64,000 nt of DNA from Lama glama (Eukaryota), in NCBI GenBank assembly GCA_028534125.1, contig CM052817.1, positions 96,784,001 to 96,848,000 of the forward strand. The letters run 5' to 3'. Positions 25,524 to 39,093 of this stretch are shown here, one piece after another (position 1 is the first letter of the stretch; every line of letters starts with the position of its first letter). The notes beneath the pieces were generated by a model that saw nothing but the letters and a program-made list of their open reading frames with translations, did not search any database and had not been told where the DNA came from. The position numbers and the translations under genes were made by a program.

Positions 25524-27096
25524 CACACTTTGGCTCAATAGCTCAATAATTCACATGACAAATGTGTATCAGGCACCTACTCAGTGCTAGGCACTGTGAG
25601 AGATGTCGAGGGTGGGCACCCCAGTTCTCCTTGATCTGCAGTCCTGGTCCACAAGAGCATGAAGATGCCCAAGAGCCTCTCAGCATGATTAATAAGAAAG
25701 AACAGAGAGGCCAGATAGGCCATGACCAAGAGGTCCATTTTCCAAATGGTGCTCTGAACCCAGGATGCGGTTGGTAAAAAGAGAGGGAGGAGAACTAAGA
25801 TTTACTGAGAACCTACTCTGTGCCTGGCAGTCTACGCTGAACATTCATGGTCTCCATACATCCTTAGGAAAGAGGAAGAAAACGGATCTCTAAGTGGAGA
25901 AATGGTTTGTGTGCCAGTTAGTACGTGGCAGGCCTTGGTTTTGAATCCAAGTTTGTCTAATTCTGAAGTGTATGATCTTTCTTCATCATTCACCACTCAT
26001 GATCAGTTTCCTTACCTGGACATAACAATACTGTGGGTCATTTGAGGAGATGCGTACAAGTGCTCTGTAAACGGTAAAACACTAAGCACATGTCACTCTT
26101 GTTGTGATCGTATGTCACTGTTGTTATTATCATGTTCAGAAATTTTGTACAAGTAGAACTGAACTCGTCGGAAATCCTGGGCATCTAGACAATTCTATGA
26201 TAAATGGGCCAAAGCAAGGAGGATGACTGTGCCACAGTAATGTGGGAAATAATATACTCTGCTTTTTCCTGATAAGTGGTTTATTATTCAAGGAAATTGG
26301 GTTTCTCTTAATGAGAAAAATAATTTGAAACTAAGTTTTACTTAATATTTAGTTTCTAAGAAGTTATGTAAAGCAAAATAAAATTGTAATATTCTAGATG
26401 TGATAAGAAATCTTATTCAACACTGAGGTGAGATGTAAGCTTTAGTCAAGGGGGGAGAATTTTTCATAATTCTTGGGCAGCAGCTCTGTGAAAACAGATG
26501 GGCATTATCTTCTCAACTGCAAATTTGTTCTGGGTTTTTTTTCCCAAAAGATTTCATTGTGCCTGTGTTCACGGAAATGCATTTGCTTAAAATAAAATGG
26601 TTTTGTAATGTTTTAATACTGTTTTTTTTCCTGTTTACAAGAATAACACCTGTTCATTACTGGGGTGGGGGGAGAAGAAATGCAGATGAAAATTTAAATA
26701 CCAGAGACAAGCATTGTTAATACGCTGTGTGAACTTGTCAGCCAGTTTTAAAACATTTCAATAAATTCAAAACTCTTATTTGAACTCTGACTCCTTTTAT
26801 CAAGCAGGCTTCCTTTAGCAGAAGCAGCACTGACTTTATATGGGCAAAAACATAATTCCTGATAAAAAGCAATATGTTACAATGATCCAACTATGCAGCA
26901 ATGGTTTAATAATTTAGGAGATCCATGCTTGTATTAAAAAAAAAAGCAGTTACGTTACCACCTAAAACTCAAGCTAAAGGCATATCATTATATAGAAAAC
27001 ATAAAACATATCTGAGGACACTGGGGAGAGGCAGGGGAGGACAGAGTTGGTTAAGAGGTGGGAAGAGGTTCACATGCCCCTGGGAGTGGTTTCCTG

Positions 27097-27115
27097 GGGC
27101 CTGCAGGTGGCGCTC
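27097..27115 (+). promoter_or_regulatory. Candidate CTCF site, forward orientation
   Basis: ggcctgcaggtggcgct closely matches the CTCF core CC(A/T)(G/C)CAG(G/A)(T/G)GGCGC and retains its CpG. Confidence 0.55.
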
Positions 27116-28066
27116 CTGTGCTCCCACACCAGCAATCTGGACCTGGTTGCTCACCCCCATCCTCACTGTGGGGCGCGGGTAAAACAGTGGGAAAATTAAG
27201 CCCTGTTCCTTCCCCTTTTTTCACTCCACAAAGCAAAATTGGTATTCATACCCTCCTGACCCATTGAGTTAAATAAAATGTGACCTCTGGGGACTTCAGA
27301 GTCCCAAATTTTCTCACCAGTTTGCTAATGCTGGCATTTCTTTTAAAGACCAGGCCTAAGTCTTTCACTTCAGAAATGGAAATAAAAGACTAAATTCCCA
27401 AAGTATGGCTGAGGTACTCTTGTGGCATAAATGAAGTTTAATCCAAGCTAATCAGGTGAGGCGGGAAGCCATTTTGGATCACATGTAAGTTCAGGTAACC
27501 CCAGGCTGGAAGAGACTTGGGATGAGAAGGTTCATGAGGGAGACATGATACCTCCTTGAATGAACTCTGTTTACTTTCAACTGACTGGGAACAAATAAAG
27601 GCCAAGCCAAAGTATTTTTGTCATTTGGTTGCAAATACAGATGACACCCCCCACATAACTTCAAGGATGTGTCCCTGCGTGTGACTCTGACAGCCAGCAC
27701 ACAGGACTTCCCTTGCAGTTTATTCATTCGTCACGAACCCAAGATCCTGGGGCTGGGAGAGATCTTTAAAAATCATCTAGTTTTCAAAAAAAGAAAGTAA
27801 ATCCCCAAGAGGTGAAATGAATTGCTAAAGATCAAATCTCTAGTCAATCACTAGAATGCAGGCCCCCAGGCACATGTTACCATCTTGATTTTATTTTGCT
27901 TATGGTCTCTCTGTACTAATTTCAGCATTAAGAGCCTTTACACATACACTAAATACGGTTTACCTACCTAAAGTAGCTGACCTACATCTGTTTTTACATG
28001 AGATAATTGCTTTTGCCCACTGTTTCTTTATAACAGCTATATCACAACATTGAAGAATTAATGGTG

Positions 28067-28696
28067 ATCCAGAGGAAACTCTAATCCAAAAAGACACATG
28101 CACCCCAATGTTCAAAGCAGCACTATTTACAATAGTCAAGACATGGAAACAATCTTAAAGTCAATCAATAGATGACTGGATAAAGAAGAGGATATATACA
28201 TACATACAATGGAATACTATTCATCCATAAAAAGAATAAAATAATGCCATTTGCAGCAACATAGATGGACCTAGAGATCATCATTCTAAGTGAAGCAAGC
28301 CAGAAAGAGAAAGCAAAATACCATATATCACTTATATGTAATCTGAAAAAAAAAAGAAAGAGACACAAATGTATTTATTTACAAAATGGAAACAGACTCG
28401 CAGACATAGAAAATCAACTTATAGATACCAGAGCGGGAAAGGGTCTGGGAAGGGATAAACTGGGAGTATGAGATTTGCAGATACTAACTAGTATATATAA
28501 AATAGATAAACAACAATTTTCTACTGTACAGCACAGGGAGCTATATTCAATATCTTGTAGTAACCAATAGTGAAAAAGAATATGAAAAGGAATATATGTA
28601 TGCATATGTATGACTGAAACATTATGCTGTACACCAGAAATTGACACAACATTGTAAACTGAATATTCATCAATTGAAATTTTTAAATTTTTTTAA
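28067..28696 (+). mobile_element. 5'-truncated young L1 (end of ORF2 plus 3' UTR)
   Basis: ORF2 C-terminal remnant (MDLEIIILSEASQKEK). TSD aaga(a/c)ttaatggtg at 28053-28066 and 28697-28710. Confidence 0.92.
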
Positions 28697-28727
28697 AAGA
28701 CTTAATGGTGGGTTTAAAAGAGTGATG

Positions 28728-29290
28728 GTGATGGTTAATTTTATATGTCAACTTGACTGGGCTACAGGGTGCCAAGATATTTGGTCAAACATTATTCTGG
28801 TTGTTTCAGTGGGAGTGTTTTGGATCAGATTAACATTTAAATCAGTAGACTGAATAAAACACATTGTCCTTCATAATTAGTGTGTGTCCCTAGTGTGGGT
28901 GGGCGTCCCTAGTGTGCGTGGGCCTCATCCAATCAGTTGAAGTCCTGACTAGAACTAAAAAGCTGATCATCCCCCAGGTGAAAAAGAGTTCCTGCCCAAT
29001 AGCCTTTGAAATGGGACGTCAGTTTTTCTTCCTGCCTTTAAACTCAAACTGAAACATCAGCATTTCCAGGGCCTCCAGACGACCAGCCTTCAGACTAGAA
29101 CTACACCATTGGCTGTTCTGGTTCTCAGGCCTTCAGACACAGACTGCAACTAAACCATCAGCTCTCTTGGGTCCCCACCTTGTCAACTTACCCTGCAGAT
29201 CTTGAGATTTGTCAGCCTCCCAGAACATGTGAGCCAATTCCAATCAATCAATCAATCTTCTGTTTCCCTGGAGAATCCTGACCAATAATG
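28728..29290 (+). mobile_element. MLT2-type solo LTR
   Basis: gtgatggttaattttatatgtcaacttgactggg...ctggagaatcctgaccaata. Confidence 0.85.
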
Positions 29291-29639
29291 TTCAGATGCT
29301 GTATCTCTCACATGCCTCAAAATACACTTTCAAGGTAGTTTTACAAGCTTTTGCTCAGCTTCAATATAAATCATTTGGTACCCCCATCATAGTTCAGATA
29401 CATTAAAGGACAAAACAGCAGAATGAACTCTTAAATGTCACTTTGATTAACTGGGAAATTTGGAGGTTAAGTTCTTGGACCTGCAAAATTCTCTGACTGA
29501 ATCAAAAGTCCTCTGAGGAAGCAGATCAGCATGGGGGTGGCTAGCCAGGGAAAGGGAAAAGAAAGAAGAGTTTCATTTTTTTTAAATAGCAATAATTAGC
29601 ATTTATTTGGCACCTACTGTATGCCAGGCACTTTGAAAT

Positions 29640-30120
29640 TATTCATTCATCCATCAGATATTATTGAGCAATTTTTCAGGTACTAGACATATTCAAGGTG
29701 CTGGGGATACAACCATGTAAAAACAGACCAGCTTTCCTACTCTCGTGGATCTTATAGTTTATAGAAGGGAGACAGACAAGAAACAAATGTTATGGAGAAA
29801 AATAAAGGAGGAAGAAGGGAGAGATAGTACCAGGTGGAAGGAAGTATAATTTTCAATAGGGTTGTCAGAGAAGGCATTACCAAAGCCAAGGTGACACTTG
29901 AGAATAGAGCTGGATGAAGGAGGTGAGGAAACAAGTCACATGGGGAAAGATTTTTCAGGCATAGAATCAGCAAGTGCAAAGGGCCTGAGGTAGATGGCTG
30001 TTTGTCCATTCAAAGAACATCAAGGAAGCCAGTGGGTCTGGAGCAAAGTTAGCATGGAAAGAGTAGCAGTAGATTAGGTCATAGAAACAAAAATGAACCA
30101 GATCATGTAGAGTCTTTAGT
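29640..30120 (-). mobile_element. L2 fragment
   Basis: attcattcatccatcagatattattgagca...ggtgctggggatac...gcaagtgcaaagggcctgagg...gaccagatcatgtag-like. Confidence 0.7.
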
Positions 30121-33100
30121 ATCTGTGAGATAGCTAGTAAGAGTGGTGTAAATGAAATAACTGGGGTTCAGAGTGATTTGTAACTTTCCCACAATAACTT
30201 AGCCAGTAAATGGCAGAGCCTGGCATAGGTACATGAGGGTCTAAAGCCTTTATTTCTTCCACTTTATTATATTATCTTTCTCCAGAAAAAGCTTAGAGCC
30301 TATCCAATTGTTTTGTGTACCCCGGTAAATATTGGTTTTTCTCTTTTTACTACCCAGGAAATCACATATCCTTCCTATTTGGAAGGAAGTCCCCCTGTAT
30401 GAGTCCTGGCTTGCCAGAGTAATACCAAATGACCAGATAGCCCTTCTCCCTTGCCCATGACAGCTGGAGTGAGAGCATGGAACCTGGGTCAACTTGATGC
30501 CTCTGACCTAGGCTTTGAATATTGAGGATGTAGCCAAACAGGGGGCATTTAGCAATGCTGGTGGCAAGTGTCCATCAGAGGCAGTGGTAGTAGCAGGATC
30601 TTGGCTGTGTCACTGATTCCTCCATTTTTATAAGCCTGGGTTTCATCACTACTAACTAATAATTTTGTGAGCCAAAAAAGATGAAGGAGCATCTTTTTCA
30701 GCTCCAATTACGCACTTCTGAAATTGTGCAAGACTTTAAATTGGAAAAAAATAAGATTATTGCATGTCCTATTCAGCATACCCTTCCTGGTTATCTCTGC
30801 CTTTTATTGTTTCTAAGCTATTTTACAACTCCATAATTGGTAGAAAGCTGAAAGTTAAACAAATGATTCTTGTCCATACAAATGCTAATTAGCTGTTTTG
30901 GAGAAAATGCAATTGATTACTGCCTGTGGATAGATTCATATCACATGTGTTTGTTAATGTTAAAATTCATTTTAACATTCCTTATGCCCCTATGTAAGTG
31001 TGTGGTACTTTGAATTCTCCTCTCAACCAGTTGTAACTTCTTATCAAGTTCCCTCAATTATTAATGAGTTGGATAAAATCTACACCATGTTGCATTCATT
31101 TGTTAATTCATTTCAGTATTCCTTCTCTGCCTATATATGTGTGTTACTTTGAATTCTTTTAACCCATAACATCTTACTGGTTCCCTCAACAATTAATGAG
31201 TTCAACAAAATCTATGATGCATGTTCATCTTATATTTGTAGCAGAGGCATGATTTTGCCACTTAAAATATTATTCTCTAATGATGGTGAGCAAGAAAATT
31301 ACATCACTGTCCTGTCTTTAAGTCAGAGCTCTCCCCCACCCCTTGACCTCCACCCACTGCACACAGCCATGTACCTCCTGAGGCAGGAGACCCAGGTTAA
31401 AGTGGGCTCCCTGGACTTCAGTTCCTTCATCTTTGAAATAAAGAGGATAGATTTAGTATTATTGAAGATCCAACACAACCCTAACCCCTTTTGATTGACT
31501 GTTTTACATACCTTTATATTTTCTTCCCACTATCTTTTGTGAGTTTCTCATCCCTTTTCCCAGGTTCTGCTGTATTTATTTCTCTTTATTTCACTTTCCA
31601 CCACAGCATACCCTGGTTTCTTTCTCTTAATTTCTCAAGGTTCAATTCAGCTTCCTGTCTCCCCACATCCCAATACACACACGCACACACACACACGCAC
31701 ACACAAATACAAACCTCTCTGTGGGAACCAAAAGACTATAACAAACTTGTAGTTATTACAGGATTACATGGAAGAAACAAGTCATTTCCACTCTGCTTTG
31801 CCCTTAATCCCCCCTCCCAAAGAAACTACCTCAAAACAAAACAAACAAGTACTTCACTAAAAGGCAAACTAGTTGAACAAACAAACCACTTTGATCTCAC
31901 TGTTCAGTTGAACCAGAGGAAGCTGAATAACAGCACAAGTAATGGACTTTCTCTTTTTCTTCTCCACCAGTTCCCTGGCCAGAGCCGCACTGAGGCTTGC
32001 CCAGTCACGTCAGGAGAAAGCACATTCTGAGCATCTCTTTGTAGCTGATGCAGACGACAGCTCCGGCCTGCATGGCAAAGACTCAGGAGTCCCTGATTGT
32101 TTCCCTGCATTTCACACAACAGAACAAGAGTCGTCAACCACCCTTGGGAAATCTGCTCTTACCAAATGCTTTCACTTATATTTTTCTACCAAGTTCAATT
32201 AAGAATTAAGATAGTATCTTTTCCATCTAAAGACAAGACCGAGGAGGAGAGCCAAATTTGATTCTCCCAACAGTTGTTTCTAGCATTAATTGCTGGCCAT
32301 TGTGATGTGATGTCTAAGGTTTCTTACATCTCATAAAATATTATGGGATGTTTGGAGGTGGAAGGAACTGTGCCAAACGAAGAAAACAAGAGGAACTTCC
32401 AGGCCAAGGAGATGCAGATGCAAAGCACGGACTCTCCACAGACCCCAGTGTTCTGGGCACAGGGAGTAAGTAGTTCAATGTGGCTGCAGTAAGGGGCTGT
32501 GTAGGGTTGGGGAGGAGAAGGAGGCAGAGGATTATGAAGAGGTAAGTCTGTAAAGGTAAGTGAGAGCTAGACTGTAAGGGCCAGACTGCCCCCTGCACTG
32601 CCACGGGGTTCAGAAAAGGAGGCTTCTGTCAGATCTGTTTCTTTATAACCCAACAAAACAGAGATGTGACTTCTGAAACTTCCCTTTGGAGGCACTCCTT
32701 CAAACTAAGTGTTTCCCCACACACAAATACCAAGAAGTCATTTGACCCTCATGTTTGCTGAAAAGTACAACTATGGAAAATGTATGTGTAGTTGAGAGTT
32801 TTGGCTTTGCTCCATGCAAGCTTTTGCATGTGATCATCTTTCCCTCCCCACCCCACCACCCTCCCTCCAGCATCAGGAAGTCATTGAGCAATCTTCAGCA
32901 AAAGTAAACATGCACAGTTGCAACCACTCCAGACACTTTATGGTGCGTTCATGACTCAGGAACTTGGGTCGAAGAACATGATCGTTCTCCATCAAAGAAT
33001 TTCAAATACATATTCACTCTGATTTTAGTCTCCTGAGGAACATACGGACAGGTGATGCTTCAGTTGCCTTGTTTAATGGCTTGCACTGGGCTCTCTGCTG

Positions 33101-33296
33101 GGGTATGCTTCCCTATGCCTGGGGAGAGGGTTGGTAAGAAGGACTTCCATCTAGATAAACTCACACGGTTTCCTGAATCTAAGATCTCCTGCTCCAAGGT
33201 GCAATCAGCCCGGAGCAAACACAAGAGAGCAGGTCTGTCTTCAGCATGCTCCCACCTAATTCTCATTTTATCTCTTCTTTACTGAGACTTACCAGG

Positions 33297-33693
33297 TGTC
33301 TTAGGCAGCTCAGGCTGCAATAACCCAATATCATAGATTGGATGGCTGGAAAGCCAAGCTCAAGGTGACAGCAGGGTCAGTGTCTGGTGAGAGTTCTTTC
33401 TCCTTGGACTGCATACAGCTGCCTCTGCTGCATCCTCATATGGCCTTTCCTCTGTACTTGCCTGGAGAAAGAGAGATATTCTCTGTCTCTCTGTCTCTCT
33501 TTTTCTCTTTCTCTCTTTCACTCTCTCTTTCTCCCCTTCTCCTTCTTATAAGTGCACTAATCCCATCATGAAGACCCAGTCCTCATGACTTAATTGCCTC
33601 CCGATGGTCCCATCTCCAAATACCATCACATTGGAGGTTAAGGCTTCAACATATGAATTGGGGGGTGAGGGGAACAAACATTTAGTCTAAACA
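33297..33693 (-). mobile_element. MLT1A-like MaLR 3' LTR
   Basis: ccatctccaaataccatcacattggaggttaaggcttcaacatatgaatt. On the - strand it is preceded by the polypurine tract ggggcaggggcagaa. Confidence 0.85.
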
Positions 33694-35025
33694 TTCTGCC
33701 CCTGCCCCTGCCCCACCCAAATCCATGTCCTTCTTGACTGCAAAATATATTCATTCCATCCCAACAGCCCTATAAGTCTTAATTCATTCCAGCATCAACT
33801 CTAAATTCCAAAAACTCATTTAAACATCATCTAAATCAGATATGGGTGAAACCTGAGAGGTGATTCATCCTGAGGCAAAAATTCCTCTTCAGCTGTGAAC
33901 CTATGAAAACAGACAAGTTGTGTGCTTCCAACATATATTTCAATATATTCCATGGGCTGGGATTCCCATTCCAGGAGAGAGAAATAGGAAAAAAGGAAAA
34001 GGTGGTGGTGGGTCCTAAGCGAGTCCAAAACCTAACAAGGCAAATTTCATCAGACATTAAGTCTTGAGAAAAATCCTCTTTGGTTTGATGCTCTGCCTTC
34101 AGTACTCACTGGGGCAGGAGTCCCACATCTCCAAGTCTCTGCCAGACAGGAGTTATGCCCCCAAGGCTTGGGGCACTTGGTCCCTACAGTTCCACAGGGC
34201 AGCTCCACTCCTGAGGCACTGGGTGGGACCCTCCTGATCTACAGAAACAAGAGCGGGGCAGGGTAGGGGTGGCCCTACCTGTGTAACTGAAGAGGAGACA
34301 GCCTTGCCCTGGGAGTGGGAACAGCAGTCTTCATGATCTCTGAGTCTTACTGGGTGCTATTCTTCCCTTTCCTTTAGGAAAGCACAAGCTCACAGCCAGA
34401 TACATCTATGGATCTGTCTTGACATAAGACAGGAAGTCTGACAGCCTTCCTTCATTTTGTCCCATCTCTGTCCCCTTCAGTTCAAACCAGCAGTGTTTCT
34501 GCTCCTATAAGCCCATAAACTTTTATCCATCGCATAATAAAGCAGCCACACCTTTGGTGTTCTCTTTAGAACACACTTCCTCACTGTTTTCAATATGGAT
34601 AGGATGAAGATTTCACAAATCTTCAAGTTCTGGTTCCTTTGCTCAACAATTTCTTCTTCAGTTCATCTCTCTCTTCCCTCATTCCTCAGTGAAGAGAAAT
34701 CAAGCCACTCCTTCAACACTCTGCTCAGAAATGTCCTCAGCTATATATCCAATTTCATCACTCACAAATTCTACCCTCCACAAAACACTAGAACACAGTT
34801 CAGCCCAGCTCTTTGCCTCTGTATAACAAAGATCACCTTCCCTCCAGTTTCTGATAACATGTTCCTTGTTTCCATCTGAGACTTCACCAGAATTGCCCTT
34901 AACATCCATATTTCCAGCATGCACCTTAAAACTCTTCCAGCCTCTACCCATCACCCAGTTCCAAAGCTGCTTCCATATTTTAGGTATTTGTTACAGCAGC
35001 ACCGTACGTCTCAGTATCAAAATCT
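33694..35025 (-). mobile_element. MaLR internal region (MLT1/MST-int-like)
   Basis: ccatcccaacagccc...gtcttaattcattccagcatcaactc at one end and ttccaaagctgcttccatattttaggtatttgttacagcagcacc at the other. A remnant MaLR ORF is seen (EHVIRNWREGDLCYTEAKSWAELC). Confidence 0.85.
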
Positions 35026-35136
35026 CTCTTATTGGGTTCTCCAGAGAAACAGAACAAACAGGAGAGAGAGAGAGAGAGAGAAAGAAAGAGAAAGAAAGAA
35101 AGAGAGAAAGAGAGAAAGAGAGAAAGAGAGAAAGAG

Positions 35137-35182
<46 letters not shown>

Positions 35183-35629
35183 GGAGAAAGGGAGAAAGGG
35201 AGAAAGAAAGAAAGAAAGTAAAAGAGATTTATTATAAGGAACTGGCTCACACAATTATGGAGGCTGAGAAGTTCCAAGATCTGTAGTCAGAAAGCTAGAG
35301 ATCCAGGAAATCCAAAAGTGTAAGTTCTAGCCTGATTACAAGTCCAAAGGCAGGAGAAGACCAACGTCTCAGCTCAAAAACAGTCAGGCAGAGAGAAAGA
35401 ATTCCTTCTTACTCTGCCTTTTTATTCTATTCATGCCTTCAATGAACTGGATGAGGCCACGCTGATTGGGGGAGTGACGGTGGCGGGCAATCTGCTTTAC
35501 TCCGTCTACTGATTCAAATGTTAATCTCACTTAGAAACATCCTCACAGACAAACTCAGAAATAAAGCTTAACCAAATACCTGGGCACCCTGTGGTCTGAT
35601 CACACTGACACATAAAATTAACTATTATA
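35026..35629 (-). mobile_element. MLT2-type LTR containing a (GA)n/(GAAA)n microsatellite (about 35062-35220)
   Basis: gggttctccagagaaacagaac...gagatttattataaggaactggctcac...gacacataaaattaac. Confidence 0.85.
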
Positions 35630-35854
35630 TCAAGTCAGTCTGCCATGACCTGCTTTCTCGTTTTTCCCTCACATGTTTAACCCTAACCTCACCCGTTCAT
35701 CACAATTTTCTGATTTTTGTCCAACAATCCAAATGTTTCTAAGAGACAGCCTGATTGCTCTAAAAATTACTACTAAGATATTGAGTGCAAATGACTTAAC
35801 AATTATTCTCACTATTGCATTTAACCTGCACTTTACTTAAGGGAGACTTAAAAA

Positions 35855-36162
35855 ATCTATTGTAGTAAGATACATATAGCATAAAATTTACCATTTTAAC
35901 CATTTTAAAATGTACAGTTCAGTGGGATTAAGTACTTCTGCAATGTGGCACAACCATTACCATTATCTAGTGCCAGGACTTTGTCAACACTCCAAAAGGA
36001 AACCCCATGCCCATTAAGCAGTCACTCCCCACTCCCCACCGCCCCAGCCCCTGGCAATCACTAATCTGCTTTCTATTTCTGTGGATTTGCCTGTTCTGGA
36101 TACTTCATATAAATGGAATCATGCACTACATGGCCTTTCGTGTCTGGCTTCCTTCACTCAGC
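35855..36162 (-). mobile_element. Old L1 (L1MB-like) 3' end
   Basis: cataaaatttaccattttaaccattttaaaatgtacagttcagtgg...atataaatggaatcat. Confidence 0.8.
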
Positions 36163-36293
36163 TAAGAAAGAATGTTAGCCTCCTCAGCTAAGGTGAAAAA
36201 TGGAAAGTAGAATATATTTGGTGATGTCAACATTTTGAGATATCTTTAAAATCACCAACTTTCTATTCAGTTGTTTTATCAAGATTTGAAGCA

Positions 36294-36460
36294 GGGAGAG
36301 AACAGCTCAGTGGTAGAGCCCTGTTTAGCATGCATGAGGTCCTGGGTTCAATTCCCAATATCTCCATTAAAAAATTAAATAAGTAAATAAGCCTATTACC
36401 TCCTCCCCTAAAAATAAAAAATAATAATAAATTAAAAATTAAAAATCTGAAGAAAAAAAA
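36294..36460 (+). mobile_element. tRNA-derived SINE (Vic-1-like)
   Basis: agctcagtggtagag...gaggtcctgggttcaattccc with an A tail. Degenerate TSD aagatttgaagca (36281-36293) and aagatcggaggca (36461-36473). Confidence 0.88.
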
Positions 36461-38032
36461 AAGATCGGAGGCACTCATCTGTGATTTTTCTGTCCCAGAC
36501 AATCAGCCTTTGTTAGTAATTCTTTCTTTCCACGGAAGTTTGAGGCAGCCAAACACAAGTTGGAATCACGGCAGGCTGGTGAATGTGAGGACACTTCAGG
36601 GGGTCCGACCTCCCCACTACAGGCCTTCCTTCCCTGAAAGTGACCTGGCAGGGCCATGGGGTCATAATGTCATGCAGCCCTCAGGGGCACAAGGAAATGC
36701 CTGTCCCCCAACACTTTAGGTCTTCGGAAAAATAAAAGTAAGCCCATCTCTGGCAGAAAGGGAAATTATTCATGGACTTTATTTAAAAAGAGAAACTGTA
36801 TTTATAGGGGGAAAAAAAGGACACCACTTCAATTCCAAAAGTCATTTCCAGAAGAAGCTTTCGAATCAAATGCAAGTTAGAGATACTCCCTTCCTAGTTC
36901 ACACGGCACAGCTGCTGAGCCATGGAAGGGCCCCAAGGTTTACTGAGATGCTGGTTTCTCCGGCGTGGGTAACCAGAGGAAGCCACAGCTTTACATACAA
37001 GGGACTGCCCTGTACAGACAGCCAGCCCAGCCTGCAAGTCTGCTGAAGTTTTGTGGGAAAGGAGCAGTTTGGCGGCCCCCAGTCTAAAGGGTCTGAGAAT
37101 GGCAGCCAAAGGGCACAGAGGCCGCTTGAAAATGCCCAGCGCTGGAGGCCCCACTGGAGGGCTTCAGCCTGTGTCCTAGACTACGTGCCACTCACCCCAC
37201 AGATCTATGTGACCTGATGTACGTACTACGCAGAGGCTTTACTTTTCCTTTTCAGCCCCTCTTTTTCAGTCTTGCATTTGTATTAATAACCAAACACAAA
37301 GAGCTTGTAAATATTTTTAGTCTTTATATCTATCCTGTTACTATTAATATTTTTGCTAAGATCAAAGTCTGGGTTCATCCTCCAAAGAGTTCATGTTTTC
37401 CTGCTTCTGTTTCAAAATATGGACCACAGAGTCTTTATCATTTTGTTCCCTGATGGCCAGCTTAGATTTAATTATATATAAGTATTTAGCAACTCTAAAC
37501 AAATCCATGTGAGGATGAAAGAAAGATCACAGGTTGGTTTGGGCACAAAGGCCTTTTCTCCTTCGTTTCAGGAGTTTCTAAAGTCTATAACTGAACACGG
37601 GACTCTGGCTTAAAATTCACAATGATTCCTTCTTAAATAATAGCATTTCTCTTTACAGAGGTCTGTTAGCCCTAAAGGATCCCTGTTTCATGCCATAGAC
37701 ATTTACATTCAAAAGACAGGGCTACATGGCAAGGCCACTGGGTTTTAACAGACACACCTGAATTTATCCAAACAAATGAATGCTGTCCCTCTCAAATAGG
37801 TAGCAATAGTCCAAGGACTTTGCTATTGTTTAAAACAACTTTGGAACTCCAGTTAGGAGCTGCCTTCCTTCACACACAGAGGGAATTATTTTGAGTTTCC
37901 TGAATGGTTAAAAGAAAATCTTTTTCTCATCAGTGTAAATTTTGCTTTCAGAAATAATCAGGTCATTTAATAAGGCAGAAGGTAATTGACTAGACAAAAC
38001 TGCTTTAGCCTAAATGAGAAATGACTACAACA

Positions 38033-39093
38033 ACAAGTTTATACTGTATAGCACAGAGAACCATATTCAATATCTTGTAGTAATCTACAATGAAAATGAA
38101 TATATATGTATATGTATGACTGAACCACTATGCTGTACCCTAGAAATTGATACATTGTAAACTGACTATACGTCAATAAAAAAATAAATAAATGAAAACA
38201 AAAACAGAAGAAAAAAATGACTATAGCACATGAAAAAATGCCCAATATCATTAATTATCAGAGAAATGCAAATCAAGACTACAATGAGGTATCACCTCAC
38301 ACTGGTCAGAATGGCCATCATTAAAAAGTGCACAAATGACAACTGCGGGAGAAGGTGTGGAAAAAAGGGAACCCTCCTACACTGTTGGTAGGAAGGTAGT
38401 TTGGTGCCTATGGAAAACAGTACGGAGAATCCTCAAAAAACTAAAAATAGACTTATATGACCTAGCAATCCCACTCCTCGGCATATAACTAGAGAAAATT
38501 TTAATTCAAAAAGATACATGTACCCCAGTGTTCATAGCAGCACTATTTACAATAGCCAAGACATGGAACACCTAAATGTCCATTGACAGATGATTAGATA
38601 AATAATGGAATACTACTCAGACATAAAAAAGAATAAAATAATGCCATTTGCAGCAGCATGGATGGAACTGGAGATTGTCATTCGAAGTGAAATAAGCCAG
38701 AAAGAGAAAGAAAAATACTATATAATTTCACTTATATGTGGAATCTTAAAAAATGACACAAAGGAACTTATTTATGAAACAGAAACAGACTCACAGATAT
38801 AGGAAGCAAACATGGTTACCAGCGAAATGGGGGAGGAGGGATAAATTAGGAATTCAGGATTTGCAGATACAAGCTACTACACATAAAATGGATAAACAAC
38901 ATGGTCATACTGTATAGCACAGAGAACTATATTCAATATCTTATAATAGCCTATAATGAGAAATAATATGAAAAGGAATATATATGTATATAAACTAAAT
39001 CACTATGCTGTACACCAGAAATTAATACAACTTTGTAAATTGACTATCCTTCAATTAAAAAATTTTTTAAATAGAATAGTGAGCTTACAAAAA
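38033..39093 (+). mobile_element. Two head-to-tail 5'-truncated L1 insertions (38033-38214 and 38229-39093)
   Basis: Two complete L1 3' ends with A tails. ORF2 remnant MEYYSDIKKNKIMPFAAAWMELE in the second. The target motif occurs three times. Confidence 0.9.

Noticed and set aside
31491..32030. 179-aa ORF
   Set aside because: It has a non-ATG start, includes low-complexity CA-repeat translation, and shows no recognisable homology.
34866..35286. Lys/Glu/Arg-rich and Phe/Leu/Ser-rich ORFs
   Set aside because: They are translations of the (GAAA)n microsatellite within an LTR.
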